Assembly: GCA_963976255.1 (NCBI GenBank)
Contig: CAXBJO010000001.1
Coordinates: 14,770 to 78,769 of the forward strand
Direction of reading: 5' to 3'
Source: an uncultured Rhodobacterales bacterium
GTDB lineage: Bacteria > Pseudomonadota > Alphaproteobacteria > Rhodobacterales > Rhodobacteraceae
Length of the DNA: 64,000 nucleotides
Under the pieces are notes generated by a model. The model had not been told where the DNA came from and did no database searches. It saw only the letters and a program-made list of their open reading frames with translations. Position 1 is the first letter of the stretch. The number at the start of each line of letters is the position of its first letter. This document shows positions 47,135-55,360 of the stretch, piece after piece. The translations under genes and the position numbers were made by a program.

Positions 47135-49738
47135 ATGGCAGATCAAACACCACAAAATCGCGCATTGAGCGAAGAAGAACTCCAGGATCTTGTTGCATCA
47201 TCGGATGCAGGTGCCCGCGCACCCGTCGGCACAGTTGGCACCTTGCTGGCTATTATTGCCGTTGTATGGTCATTGTTTCAGGTTGTGCTGGCTTCACCCT
47301 TGGCAAATTATGTTTTGCCCGGCGACATTATAAATAATTCACGCCAAATCCATTTGGCATTCGCAGTATTTCTGGCCTTCATGGCCTATCCCGCAATGAA
47401 AAGTAGCCCGCGCCACTATGTTCCTATTCTGGATTGGATCATGGCATTTGTGGCGGCATTCATCGCGATGTACGGATTCTTTTTCTATCAAAAAATCGTT
47501 GATGCTGGTGGTTTGGCGGACAACATGGACAAATGGTTTGCATTGGTCGGCCTGTTGTTATTGTTCGAGGCCGCGCGCCGTGCATTGGGGCCAGCAATGG
47601 CCATTATCGCCACAATTTTTTTGGTTTATGTTTTCTTTGGCTCATCTGAATTCATTCCCGATGTGATCCGCTGGAAAGGCGCATCATTGAAGAAAGCCAT
47701 GAGCCACATGTGGATCACATCAGAGGGCGTGTTTGGCATCGCCTTAGGTGTATCAACCAAATTCGTATTCTTGTTCGTTCTATTCGGCGCCTTGTTGGAC
47801 AAAGCGGGTGCAGGGAACTATTTCATTAAAATGGCCTTTGGCGCGTTGGGTCACCTTAAAGGTGGACCGGCTAAAGCGGCGGTTGTTGGCTCTGCCGCAA
47901 CTGGTTTGATCTCTGGATCATCCATCGCGAACGTTGTGACAACGGGCACATTCACCATTCCCTTAATGAAACGTGTTGGGTTCAGTTCGGAAAAAGCGGG
48001 CGCAGTCGAAGTGGCCAGTTCCGTAAATGGTCAAATCATGCCCCCCGTGATGGGTGCGGCGGCATTTTTGATGGTGGAATACGTCGGCATTTCATATGTC
48101 GAAGTGATTACCCACGCATTTCTGCCTGCCACGATATCATACATCGCTCTGGTCTATATTGTGCACCTCGAAGCGGTGAAATCCAATATGCCCGTGTTGG
48201 GAAATCGCGTTGTATCCATGGGTAAAACCATCGGTGGTATGCTCGCATTCTTCGTTGGATTTGCGGGGCTGAGTTACGGCATACAATATCCGGTGCGAGC
48301 CATTACATCCATGTTCCCACAGGGTTCTGGTCTTGTGCTGTCCGTCCTGTTGTTCGCAACCTACGCGGCCTTGTTGTATTTGGCAGCGCAAGTGCCTGAT
48401 TTGGAAGCCGATGATCCAAATGCAAAAGAGGTTGAATTGCCCGTCGTTGGTGAAATCTACAAGGCCGGTTTGTACTATCTTTTGCCCATCATCGTTTTGG
48501 TCTACTTCTTAATGATCGAGCAGAAATCACCAGGTTTGTCCGCATTTTGGGCCACGACATTGCTGTTCGTGATCCTGTTGACCCAACAACCAATGAAAGC
48601 CTTCTTTCGGGGGCAATCTGAATTGTCAGAACGGTTTAAGGATGGCATGGCCGATCTTATCCAAGGTTTGATTGACGGCGCACGCAACATGATCGGCATC
48701 GGTTTGGCCACGGCCACGGCAGGTGTGATTGTGGGCACGGTTACCCTAACAGGCGTAGGCCAAGTAATGGCCGATTTGGTGGAATTCCTGTCAGGCGGTA
48801 ATCTGGTTTTGATGTTGGTGATGGTTGGTTTGCTGTCCCTCATCTTGGGCATGGGTCTGCCAACCACCGCGAACTATATCGTTGTGTCATCCTTGATGGC
48901 AGGTGTTGTAGTTGAGTTGGGGGCGCAATCAGGTTTGATTGTGCCGTTGATCGCCGTCCACTTGTTCGTTTTCTACTTTGGGATCATGGCGGATGTGACG
49001 CCGCCTGTCGGATTGGCCAGTTTCGCCGCTGCCGCTGTTTCGGGTGGCGATGCGATTAAAACAGGATTCACGGCATTCTTCTATTCGTTGCGCACAATCG
49101 CGTTGCCGTTTGTGTTCATCTTTAACACTGATCTATTGTTGATTGATGTCACCTTTGCCCAAGGGATACTGGTATTTATTATCGCTTCTATCGCAATCCT
49201 TGTATTCACGGCGGGGACGATGGGCTGGTTCCTCACGAAATCTAAGTTTTACGAAAGCATCGCATTAATTTTGATAGCATTCGTTCTGTTCCGTCCCGAT
49301 TTTGTGATGGATCGTATACAGCCGCCATTCACCGAAATCGCGCCCGCTGGTTTCAGTCAAGCATTAGAAACCGCAACCGAAGGTGACGAGATGCGCCTGA
49401 TTATTTCGGGTCCGGATTTTGATTCTGGCGAAACAAAGGAAACAACATTGGTTTTACCAATTACTGGTGATGCGTCGGCACGCTTGGACGCAACGGGTTT
49501 GATGTTGTTGGCTGAGGGTGATGCAGTCAACTTGGATGAACCATCCTTCAGCTCGCCATTTGCAAGCAGCTTAGGCAGCTTTGATTTTTACGGCGACACA
49601 CCTGTGCAAATCGCATCCGTTAAGGCCCCAACCAACCAAATGGCCAAGGAATGGGTATTTATTCCCGCTTTGATCCTGTTGGGTCTGATCGCAATGTTGC
49701 AACGTGCACGTATCTCTCGCAAAGGAGAAGTCTCATGA
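47135..49738 (+). CDS. TRAP transporter fused (DctQ-DctM type) permease with C-terminal extracytoplasmic extension (DUF3394-like) and final TM
   Basis: 867 aa and polytopic. The C-terminal ~150 aa are soluble (EMRLIISGPDFDSGETKETTLVLPITGD...) and are followed by a terminal TM segment. Confidence 0.9.
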   Translation: MADQTPQNRALSEEELQDLVASSDAGARAPVGTVGTLLAIIAVVWSLFQVVLASPLANYVLPGDIINNSRQIHLAFAVFLAFMAYPAMKSSPRHYVPILDWIMAFVAAFIAMYGFFFYQKIVDAGGLADNMDKWFALVGLLLLFEAARRALGPAMAIIATIFLVYVFFGSSEFIPDVIRWKGASLKKAMSHMWITSEGVFGIALGVSTKFVFLFVLFGALLDKAGAGNYFIKMAFGALGHLKGGPAKAAVVGSAATGLISGSSIANVVTTGTFTIPLMKRVGFSSEKAGAVEVASSVNGQIMPPVMGAAAFLMVEYVGISYVEVITHAFLPATISYIALVYIVHLEAVKSNMPVLGNRVVSMGKTIGGMLAFFVGFAGLSYGIQYPVRAITSMFPQGSGLVLSVLLFATYAALLYLAAQVPDLEADDPNAKEVELPVVGEIYKAGLYYLLPIIVLVYFLMIEQKSPGLSAFWATTLLFVILLTQQPMKAFFRGQSELSERFKDGMADLIQGLIDGARNMIGIGLATATAGVIVGTVTLTGVGQVMADLVEFLSGGNLVLMLVMVGLLSLILGMGLPTTANYIVVSSLMAGVVVELGAQSGLIVPLIAVHLFVFYFGIMADVTPPVGLASFAAAAVSGGDAIKTGFTAFFYSLRTIALPFVFIFNTDLLLIDVTFAQGILVFIIASIAILVFTAGTMGWFLTKSKFYESIALILIAFVLFRPDFVMDRIQPPFTEIAPAGFSQALETATEGDEMRLIISGPDFDSGETKETTLVLPITGDASARLDATGLMLLAEGDAVNLDEPSFSSPFASSLGSFDFYGDTPVQIASVKAPTNQMAKEWVFIPALILLGLIAMLQRARISRKGEVS

Positions 49739-50166
49739 GTAAATCAGTCTTATGTGCAATCGACATCAGCAACCCTGGTGAAGACAGCAAAGTCATAAAA
49801 ATTGCGGCGCAATTAGCCGCCCAAGATGGGGCGCAGTTGGATGTGGTGACGGTATTGCCCGATTATGGCATGCCCGTTGTTGGGTCATTCTTTGAAAAGG
49901 GTGATCACGGTGACGCCCTGAAAGCGGCCAAAACCGAGTTGAAAAAAGAGGTCACAGATGCCTTGGGCGCAGATCGCACCGCCAAGGTGCGCCATGTTGT
50001 TTCCACTGGCAAAGCATACGACGAAGTCTTGAAAGTTGCGAAAGAGACTAAAGCGGACTTAATCGTTGTCGGTGCCCACAAGCCCGATTTCAAAGATTAT
50101 CTGCTAGGCCCGAATGCCGCACGTATTGTGCGACACTCTAACTGTTCGGTCTACGTTGTAAGGTAA
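49735..50166 (+). CDS. Universal stress protein (UspA family), translationally coupled to the TAXI-TRAP permease
   Basis: 143 aa with VLCAIDIS, LIVVGAHK and SVYVVR. It has an ATGA overlap with the permease stop. The ATP motif G-2x-G-9x-G(S/T) is not intact (GAHK...LLGPN). Confidence 0.85.
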   Translation: MSKSVLCAIDISNPGEDSKVIKIAAQLAAQDGAQLDVVTVLPDYGMPVVGSFFEKGDHGDALKAAKTELKKEVTDALGADRTAKVRHVVSTGKAYDEVLKVAKETKADLIVVGAHKPDFKDYLLGPNAARIVRHSNCSVYVVR

Positions 50167-50226
50167 TACTCCCGTGGTTCCCAAGGCGTGCGAGTTTTTG
50201 CGTGACTTGGGAATACAGATTTTAAT

Positions 50227-51285
50227 TTATCGGATGCGCTGTTCCGTTTGCGCGTCAAACAACATCACGCGCTCGGGTGCAAAATTCACTCCGACACGAT
50301 CACCAGTTTTGGCACGCTCGTCACCGCGTTCCTCGATAATGATTTTTTCACCCTGATCCGAAATCAAATATGTATACGAAACGCCGCCCAAGGCCTCGGT
50401 TATATCAACCGTATGAGTGTCACCTTTGGGAACAATTTCCATGTGTTCGGGGCGGATGCCCAACGTAATTGGCGTGCCCTTGGGCGGCAATTTTTGCGTC
50501 ACAGCAACGGACGCATTCAGATGGGTCGCATGCACCTGTTTGCCATCCGTTACAGCATCCATAAAATTCATTGCAGGCGATCCAATGAACCCTGCCACAA
50601 ATTTATTGTCGGGATCACGGTACAGTTCAAGGGGCGCACCCACCTGTTCAATAATACCTGCACGCAGTACCACAATTTTATCGGCCAGCGTCATCGCCTC
50701 GACCTGATCATGGGTGACATAAATCATCGTCGCACCAATTTCCTTGTGCAAACGCGCAATCTCGACACGCATCTCTACACGCAATTCGGCATCCAAATTG
50801 GACAGGGGTTCATCGAACAAAAACACTTCGGGGCCACGCACAATTGCACGGCCAATGGCGACCCGCTGACGTTGCCCACCAGACAAGGCCGCAGGTTTGC
50901 GTTTCAGATAATCTTCTAACTTCAAAATAGCAGTGGCACGCGCGACTTTCTTTTCGATTTCGGCCTTGGGATGGCCGGTCATTTTCAGACCAAACCCCAT
51001 GTTTTCCTTGACCGTCATATGCGGATACAGGGCGTATGTTTGGAACACCATCGCCACGCCACGCGCCGATGGGTCCGCGTTGGTGACATCACGCTTTCCA
51101 ATATTAATCTGCCCCGATGTGGTTTCTTCAAGCCCTGCAACCATGCGCAGTAACGTTGATTTACCACAGCCCGATGGCCCCACGAAAACACAAAACTCGC
51201 CGTCATCGATTTTCAGATCAATCCCGTGGATCACCTGCACCTTGCCATAGCTTTTTTTAACGTTTTGAAGTATGACACCAGACAT
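50227..51285 (-). CDS. Sugar ABC transporter ATP-binding protein (MalK/UgpC type)
   Basis: [24 protein letters not shown] and FLFDEPLSNLD are present, with a C-terminal TOBE-like regulatory domain. Confidence 0.92.
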   Translation of the reverse strand: MSGVILQNVKKSYGKVQVIHGIDLKIDDGEFCVFVGPSGCGKSTLLRMVAGLEETTSGQINIGKRDVTNADPSARGVAMVFQTYALYPHMTVKENMGFGLKMTGHPKAEIEKKVARATAILKLEDYLKRKPAALSGGQRQRVAIGRAIVRGPEVFLFDEPLSNLDAELRVEMRVEIARLHKEIGATMIYVTHDQVEAMTLADKIVVLRAGIIEQVGAPLELYRDPDNKFVAGFIGSPAMNFMDAVTDGKQVHATHLNASVAVTQKLPPKGTPITLGIRPEHMEIVPKGDTHTVDITEALGGVSYTYLISDQGEKIIIEERGDERAKTGDRVGVNFAPERVMLFDAQTEQRIR

Positions 51286-51287
51286 TG

Positions 51288-52094
51288 TTAGCTCTCCGTT
51301 ATGGATTGAGATGATTGTGATGGAAACCGCCAGTGCCCCATTTGAGCGGCAATTTCATTCGCCGTATCGCGCAACTGTGGCGCATAATTTTCAAGTGAAT
51401 CAAGCGATGTGCGAAGGGTTGTGCCAGTTACAGAAATAGCGCCCAACAGTTCGTTATCTGACAACAGGATGGGCACTGCGACGCAAATAATGCCCTGTTC
51501 GTGTTCTTGACGATCAAAAGCATACCCACGTTTTCGAATGTTCGCGAATTCATTGCGTAATCCGTTTACGGTGCAAATCGTGTGATCCGTAAAACGGTGG
51601 AATGATTGCTGTGCCAATGCTGCATCCTGTTTCGCACGCGGCAGAAAGGCCATCATCGCCTTGCCAACACCGGTGCAATACGCGGGGCCAATTTTACCCG
51701 CCTGAGAATACATCTCGACCGGTTTCGTGGCGTTGCGTTTGTCCACATACAGTACCTGTGCATTGTCCAATTGCGCCAAGTGGATGGTTTCACCCAATTT
51801 CGCGCTTAAACAATCCAACATGGGGGCGGCAACAGGGGCAATGGATGCTTGGCGCCACGCGCCGTGCGCCAATCGCACCAAACGGATCCCCAACGAATAG
51901 GTTTGCAAATCCTCGTCAAAGGTCACCATTTGTTCAATCCGCAAGGTTTGCAATATCCGATACAGCGTGCCCTTTGGGTACGGGCTTTGCGCCAATATAT
52001 CGCGAAACCGAACGGGGCGGCCAAATGTGGCAACTTGATCCAAGACTGTCATCGCCTTGCCCACTGTGCCGCTGTCGGTTGATTTGGCCGTCAA
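51288..52094 (-). CDS. IclR-family transcriptional regulator
   Basis: N-terminal wHTH (KAMTVLDQVATFGRPVRFRDILAQSPYPKGTLYRILQTL) and a C-terminal IclR effector domain. Its stop lies 2 nt before the ATPase ATG. Confidence 0.88.
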   Translation of the reverse strand: MTAKSTDSGTVGKAMTVLDQVATFGRPVRFRDILAQSPYPKGTLYRILQTLRIEQMVTFDEDLQTYSLGIRLVRLAHGAWRQASIAPVAAPMLDCLSAKLGETIHLAQLDNAQVLYVDKRNATKPVEMYSQAGKIGPAYCTGVGKAMMAFLPRAKQDAALAQQSFHRFTDHTICTVNGLRNEFANIRKRGYAFDRQEHEQGIICVAVPILLSDNELLGAISVTGTTLRTSLDSLENYAPQLRDTANEIAAQMGHWRFPSQSSQSITES

Positions 52095-52173
52095 AATATA
52101 TCCCTTCGCATTCGTTCCGCTAAATTACACATGCCCTCGACTCTATTGACAACATAATAGGGAGTGTGGTCAA

Positions 52174-52189
52174 GTTTCAATATTCAAAC
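52174..52189. promoter_or_regulatory. Imperfect palindrome in the IclR / sugar-ABC divergent region (candidate operator)
   Basis: GTTTCAATATTCAAAC is 14/16 self-complementary. A TTGACA lies nearby, around 52146-52151. Confidence 0.2.
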
Positions 52190-52224
52190 AGCAACTCACT
52201 ATTTGGAACAACAGGGAGAAAATA

Positions 52225-53484
52225 ATGAAAACGATGCTAAAGTCGGCAATCGCCGCACTTGCAGCCACCACGATGATATCAGGCGCTGCCACTGCCCAGC
52301 CACTGTCAGGGGATTTGAATATCTTCTTGGATACATCCAACCCCGCACCGCGTGCCGTGATGGAACAGTTAATTGGCGAATTTCAGGGCATGAACCCAGA
52401 TTTGAAAATCGAAACCACAATCATTGATCGCGACGCTTATAAAACCCAAATCCGCAACTTTCTGACCGCCAACGCACCAGACGTCGCCACATGGTATGCA
52501 GCAAATCGCATGAAACCATACGTCGAAGCAGGCCTATTCGAAGATGTGTCTGACATGTGGGCAGAACCAGAAATCGCCGCAAACTTGGCATCCACCAAAG
52601 GTGCGATGACGATTAATGGCAAGCAATGGGGCGTCCCATACACATATTACCAATGGGGTATTTATTACCGCAAAGACATCTTTGCTGAATTAGGACTGTC
52701 AGAGCCAACAACATGGGCCGAAGAAAAAGCAAACTGTGGAAAAATCGTCGCATCGGGCCGCGTCTGTTATGCAATCGGTTCCAAATACCTTTGGACTGCT
52801 GGCGGTTGGTTCGATTATTTGAACATGCGTACAAACGGTTTTGAGTTCCACATGCAATTGGCCGCTGGCGAGGTATCATGGGAAGATGATCGCGTCCGCG
52901 CAACCTTCGCAAACTGGCGCGAACTGATCGACATGGGCGGCTTCTTGGCCAACCACCAATCCTACAGCTGGCAAGAAGCATTACCGTTTATGGTAAACGG
53001 CGAAGCCGCATCATATTTGATGGGTAACTTTGCGGTTGCACCACTGCGCGAAGCAGGGCTAACGGATGATCAATTGGACTTCTATCAATTCCCACTGATC
53101 ACAGAAGGTATTCCATTGGCCGAAGATGCGCCAACAGATACATTCCACATCCCATCAGGTGCCAAAAACAAAGAAAATGCCAAAGCATTCCTACGCTTTA
53201 TGGTGTCCACTGATGTCCAAACCAAAATGAACGCAGGTGATGCATTGGGTCAATTGCCCGTGAACGCAATGTCTGCGGTGGACGATGACAAATTCCTGAA
53301 CGAAGGTTTCGCGATGCTGTCTTCAAATTCACCCGGCGGTGTTGCACAGTTCTTTGACCGTGATTTCGATGCTGAAATGGCAAAGATCGGCATGGAAGGG
53401 CTTCAGGAATTCATGGTGCGTCCAGACAATTTGGACAACATCCTGTCACGTCTTGAAAAAGCGCGGGGGCGTATCTACAAATAA
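52225..53484 (+). CDS. Carbohydrate ABC transporter substrate-binding protein (family 1)
   Basis: Signal peptide MKTMLKSAIAALAATTMISGAATA, 419 aa, GGGAGA RBS. Confidence 0.88.
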   Translation: MKTMLKSAIAALAATTMISGAATAQPLSGDLNIFLDTSNPAPRAVMEQLIGEFQGMNPDLKIETTIIDRDAYKTQIRNFLTANAPDVATWYAANRMKPYVEAGLFEDVSDMWAEPEIAANLASTKGAMTINGKQWGVPYTYYQWGIYYRKDIFAELGLSEPTTWAEEKANCGKIVASGRVCYAIGSKYLWTAGGWFDYLNMRTNGFEFHMQLAAGEVSWEDDRVRATFANWRELIDMGGFLANHQSYSWQEALPFMVNGEAASYLMGNFAVAPLREAGLTDDQLDFYQFPLITEGIPLAEDAPTDTFHIPSGAKNKENAKAFLRFMVSTDVQTKMNAGDALGQLPVNAMSAVDDDKFLNEGFAMLSSNSPGGVAQFFDRDFDAEMAKIGMEGLQEFMVRPDNLDNILSRLEKARGRIYK

Positions 53485-53490
53485 TATAAC

Positions 53491-53516
53491 TGGGCCCGCT
53501 GTGTACGGCGGGCCCA
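53491..53516 (+). other. GC-rich hairpin after the sugar-binding-protein gene (no U-tract)
   Basis: TGGGCCCGC (53491-53499) pairs with GCGGGCCCA (53508-53516) across an 8-nt loop. It begins 7 nt after the stop codon. Confidence 0.4.
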
Positions 53517-53592
53517 TCATCCGAACCATGCAGGGTTAATGTCTGTACTGGTTCGTTCTTTTCAATTTGATAACCCCGATTGAGAGACCACC

Positions 53593-54510
53593 ATGAGCCT
53601 TCAACCAGATACAGAAATTCCGCGCCAGTCGTGGTTTAAACGTAATGAGATCATGATTACGCCGTGGTTGTTTTTAACACCCGCAATCTTGTTCTTTATG
53701 CTCTATGTGATTTTCCCCATCATCCAAAGTTTTCAAGTTTCAGCCTATACATGGGACGGTCTGGGCGAACGCGAATATGTCGGGTTGGAAAATTATCGTG
53801 AGCTGTGGGACGATCCCGCATTTTATACCTCGCTGCGCAACAACTTTATCTGGCTATTCATGTACCTGCTGGCCATCCCCGCCGGCCTGTTTATCGCACT
53901 ATTTCTGAACCAAACCATACCCGGCATTCGGATTTACAAATCCCTCTTCTTCTTCCCTTTCGTAATCAGTCAGGTCGTTGTCGGTCTGGTTTTCACATGG
54001 TTCTATGACCCCACATTTGGTCTGTTAAATTCCATGCTGGGTGTCATTGGCATGGGCCCCATCAATGTATTGGGCGATCCCACTTATGTCACTTACGGCA
54101 TTATCGCCGCTGGCCTGTGGCCACAAACCGCATACTGTATGATCTTGTATTTAACCGGCCTAAATGCCGTTGATCCAGAACAAATCGAAGCGGCGCGCTT
54201 GGATGGTGCTAAGGGTTGGAAAATGCTGTGGTATGTTATCATTCCGCAACTCAAGCCCGCCACCTTCATCGCCTTCGTCGTCACAATCGTGGGCGCATTG
54301 CGATCATTCGACTTGATTTCCATCATGACCAACGGCGGCCCCTTTGGCGAAAGTCGGGTTTTATCGTTTTACATGTTCGAGGTCGCCCTATCCGAATATG
54401 GTTTCCGTTTGGGGTACGGTGCGGCCATTGCGGTCATATTGTTCCTGATCATGCTCTGCTTCATCGTCTACTTCCTGTACTCCATGTACCAAGAAGAGAG
54501 GGGGCGCTGA
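53593..54510 (+). CDS. Carbohydrate ABC transporter permease (MalF/UgpA-like)
   Basis: Polytopic, with an EAA-loop region (EAARLDGAKGWKMLWYVIIPQLKP). Confidence 0.9.
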   Translation: MSLQPDTEIPRQSWFKRNEIMITPWLFLTPAILFFMLYVIFPIIQSFQVSAYTWDGLGEREYVGLENYRELWDDPAFYTSLRNNFIWLFMYLLAIPAGLFIALFLNQTIPGIRIYKSLFFFPFVISQVVVGLVFTWFYDPTFGLLNSMLGVIGMGPINVLGDPTYVTYGIIAAGLWPQTAYCMILYLTGLNAVDPEQIEAARLDGAKGWKMLWYVIIPQLKPATFIAFVVTIVGALRSFDLISIMTNGGPFGESRVLSFYMFEVALSEYGFRLGYGAAIAVILFLIMLCFIVYFLYSMYQEERGR

Positions 54511-54511
54511 T

Positions 54512-55360
54512 ATGTTTCCCAAACCCATCGAAAAATCATCCCGCGGGGTCCAAGTTGGCTATCGATTCATGGTACCACTGGCGCTGATCTTCTGGCTTTT
54601 GCCACTGATCGCAGTTGCTTTGTTTTCCATCAAACCTGCTGTTGATTTCACCATGGGGAATTACTGGACATTGCCGTCTGTTTTTGGTGGCACGGAAAAC
54701 TATGGCAAAGTGTTTTTTGAATCCGACATGCCACGCTATATGCTGAATTCATTGATGATTACGATCCCCACTGCGCTAGGTGCAGTTTTTCTGGCTTGTA
54801 TGGCGGGGTTTGCTTTGGGGGTGTATAAATTCAAAGCCAACTTATGGCTGTTCTTTCTGTTCGTTGCGGGCAATTTTGTACCCTTTCAAATTTTGATGGT
54901 ACCTGTGCGCGATTTGACGTTGGACATGGGGCTATACAACACCAAAACTGGTCTGGTTTTATTCCACATCGCCTTTCAAACAGGGTTTTGTACGTTGTTC
55001 ATGCGTAATTTCATCAAAGGTTTACCCTTCGCATTAATCGAATCCGCAAGGGTCGAGGGTATCGCCGAGTGGCGCATTTTTGTATTCATTGTCATGCCAC
55101 TGATGAAACCAGCCGTTGCCGCCTTGTTCGTGTTGATTTTCACGTTCATTTGGAACGATTATTTTTGGGCGGTGGTGCTGACACAGGGTGTTGAATCTCA
55201 ACCTGTCACCGCGGGAATTACATCGTTTAATGCGCAATTCCGCGCGGCATACCATTTGATGAGCGCGGGCGCGATTGTGGCCGCATTGCCCCCCGTCGCA
55301 ATGTTCTTCTTGATGCAAAAACACTTCGTCGCTGGCCTGACACTTGGGGCGGTGAAATAA
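54512..55360 (+). CDS. Carbohydrate ABC transporter permease (MalG/UgpE-like)
   Basis: Polytopic, with an EAA loop (ESARVEGIAEWRIFVFIVMPLMKP). It starts 1 nt after the previous stop. Confidence 0.9.
   Translation: MFPKPIEKSSRGVQVGYRFMVPLALIFWLLPLIAVALFSIKPAVDFTMGNYWTLPSVFGGTENYGKVFFESDMPRYMLNSLMITIPTALGAVFLACMAGFALGVYKFKANLWLFFLFVAGNFVPFQILMVPVRDLTLDMGLYNTKTGLVLFHIAFQTGFCTLFMRNFIKGLPFALIESARVEGIAEWRIFVFIVMPLMKPAVAALFVLIFTFIWNDYFWAVVLTQGVESQPVTAGITSFNAQFRAAYHLMSAGAIVAALPPVAMFFLMQKHFVAGLTLGAVK

Noticed and set aside
50248-50919. 223-aa ORF antisense to the MalK-type ATPase gene. Similar long antisense ORFs occur at 22321-22902 and 25092-25613 (in putA), 17062-17613 (in the Liv-type binder gene), 51602-52123 (in iclR), 55877-56467 and 56673-57212 (in the alpha-galactosidase gene), 2422-3078 (across phnE/HAD) and 63345-63908 (in dapF).
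   Set aside because: Each lies entirely within a confidently assigned gene on the other strand. Their translations are Arg/Ser/Pro/Cys-rich, low-complexity and carry no recognisable motifs. They are typical shadow ORFs of moderately GC-rich coding DNA.
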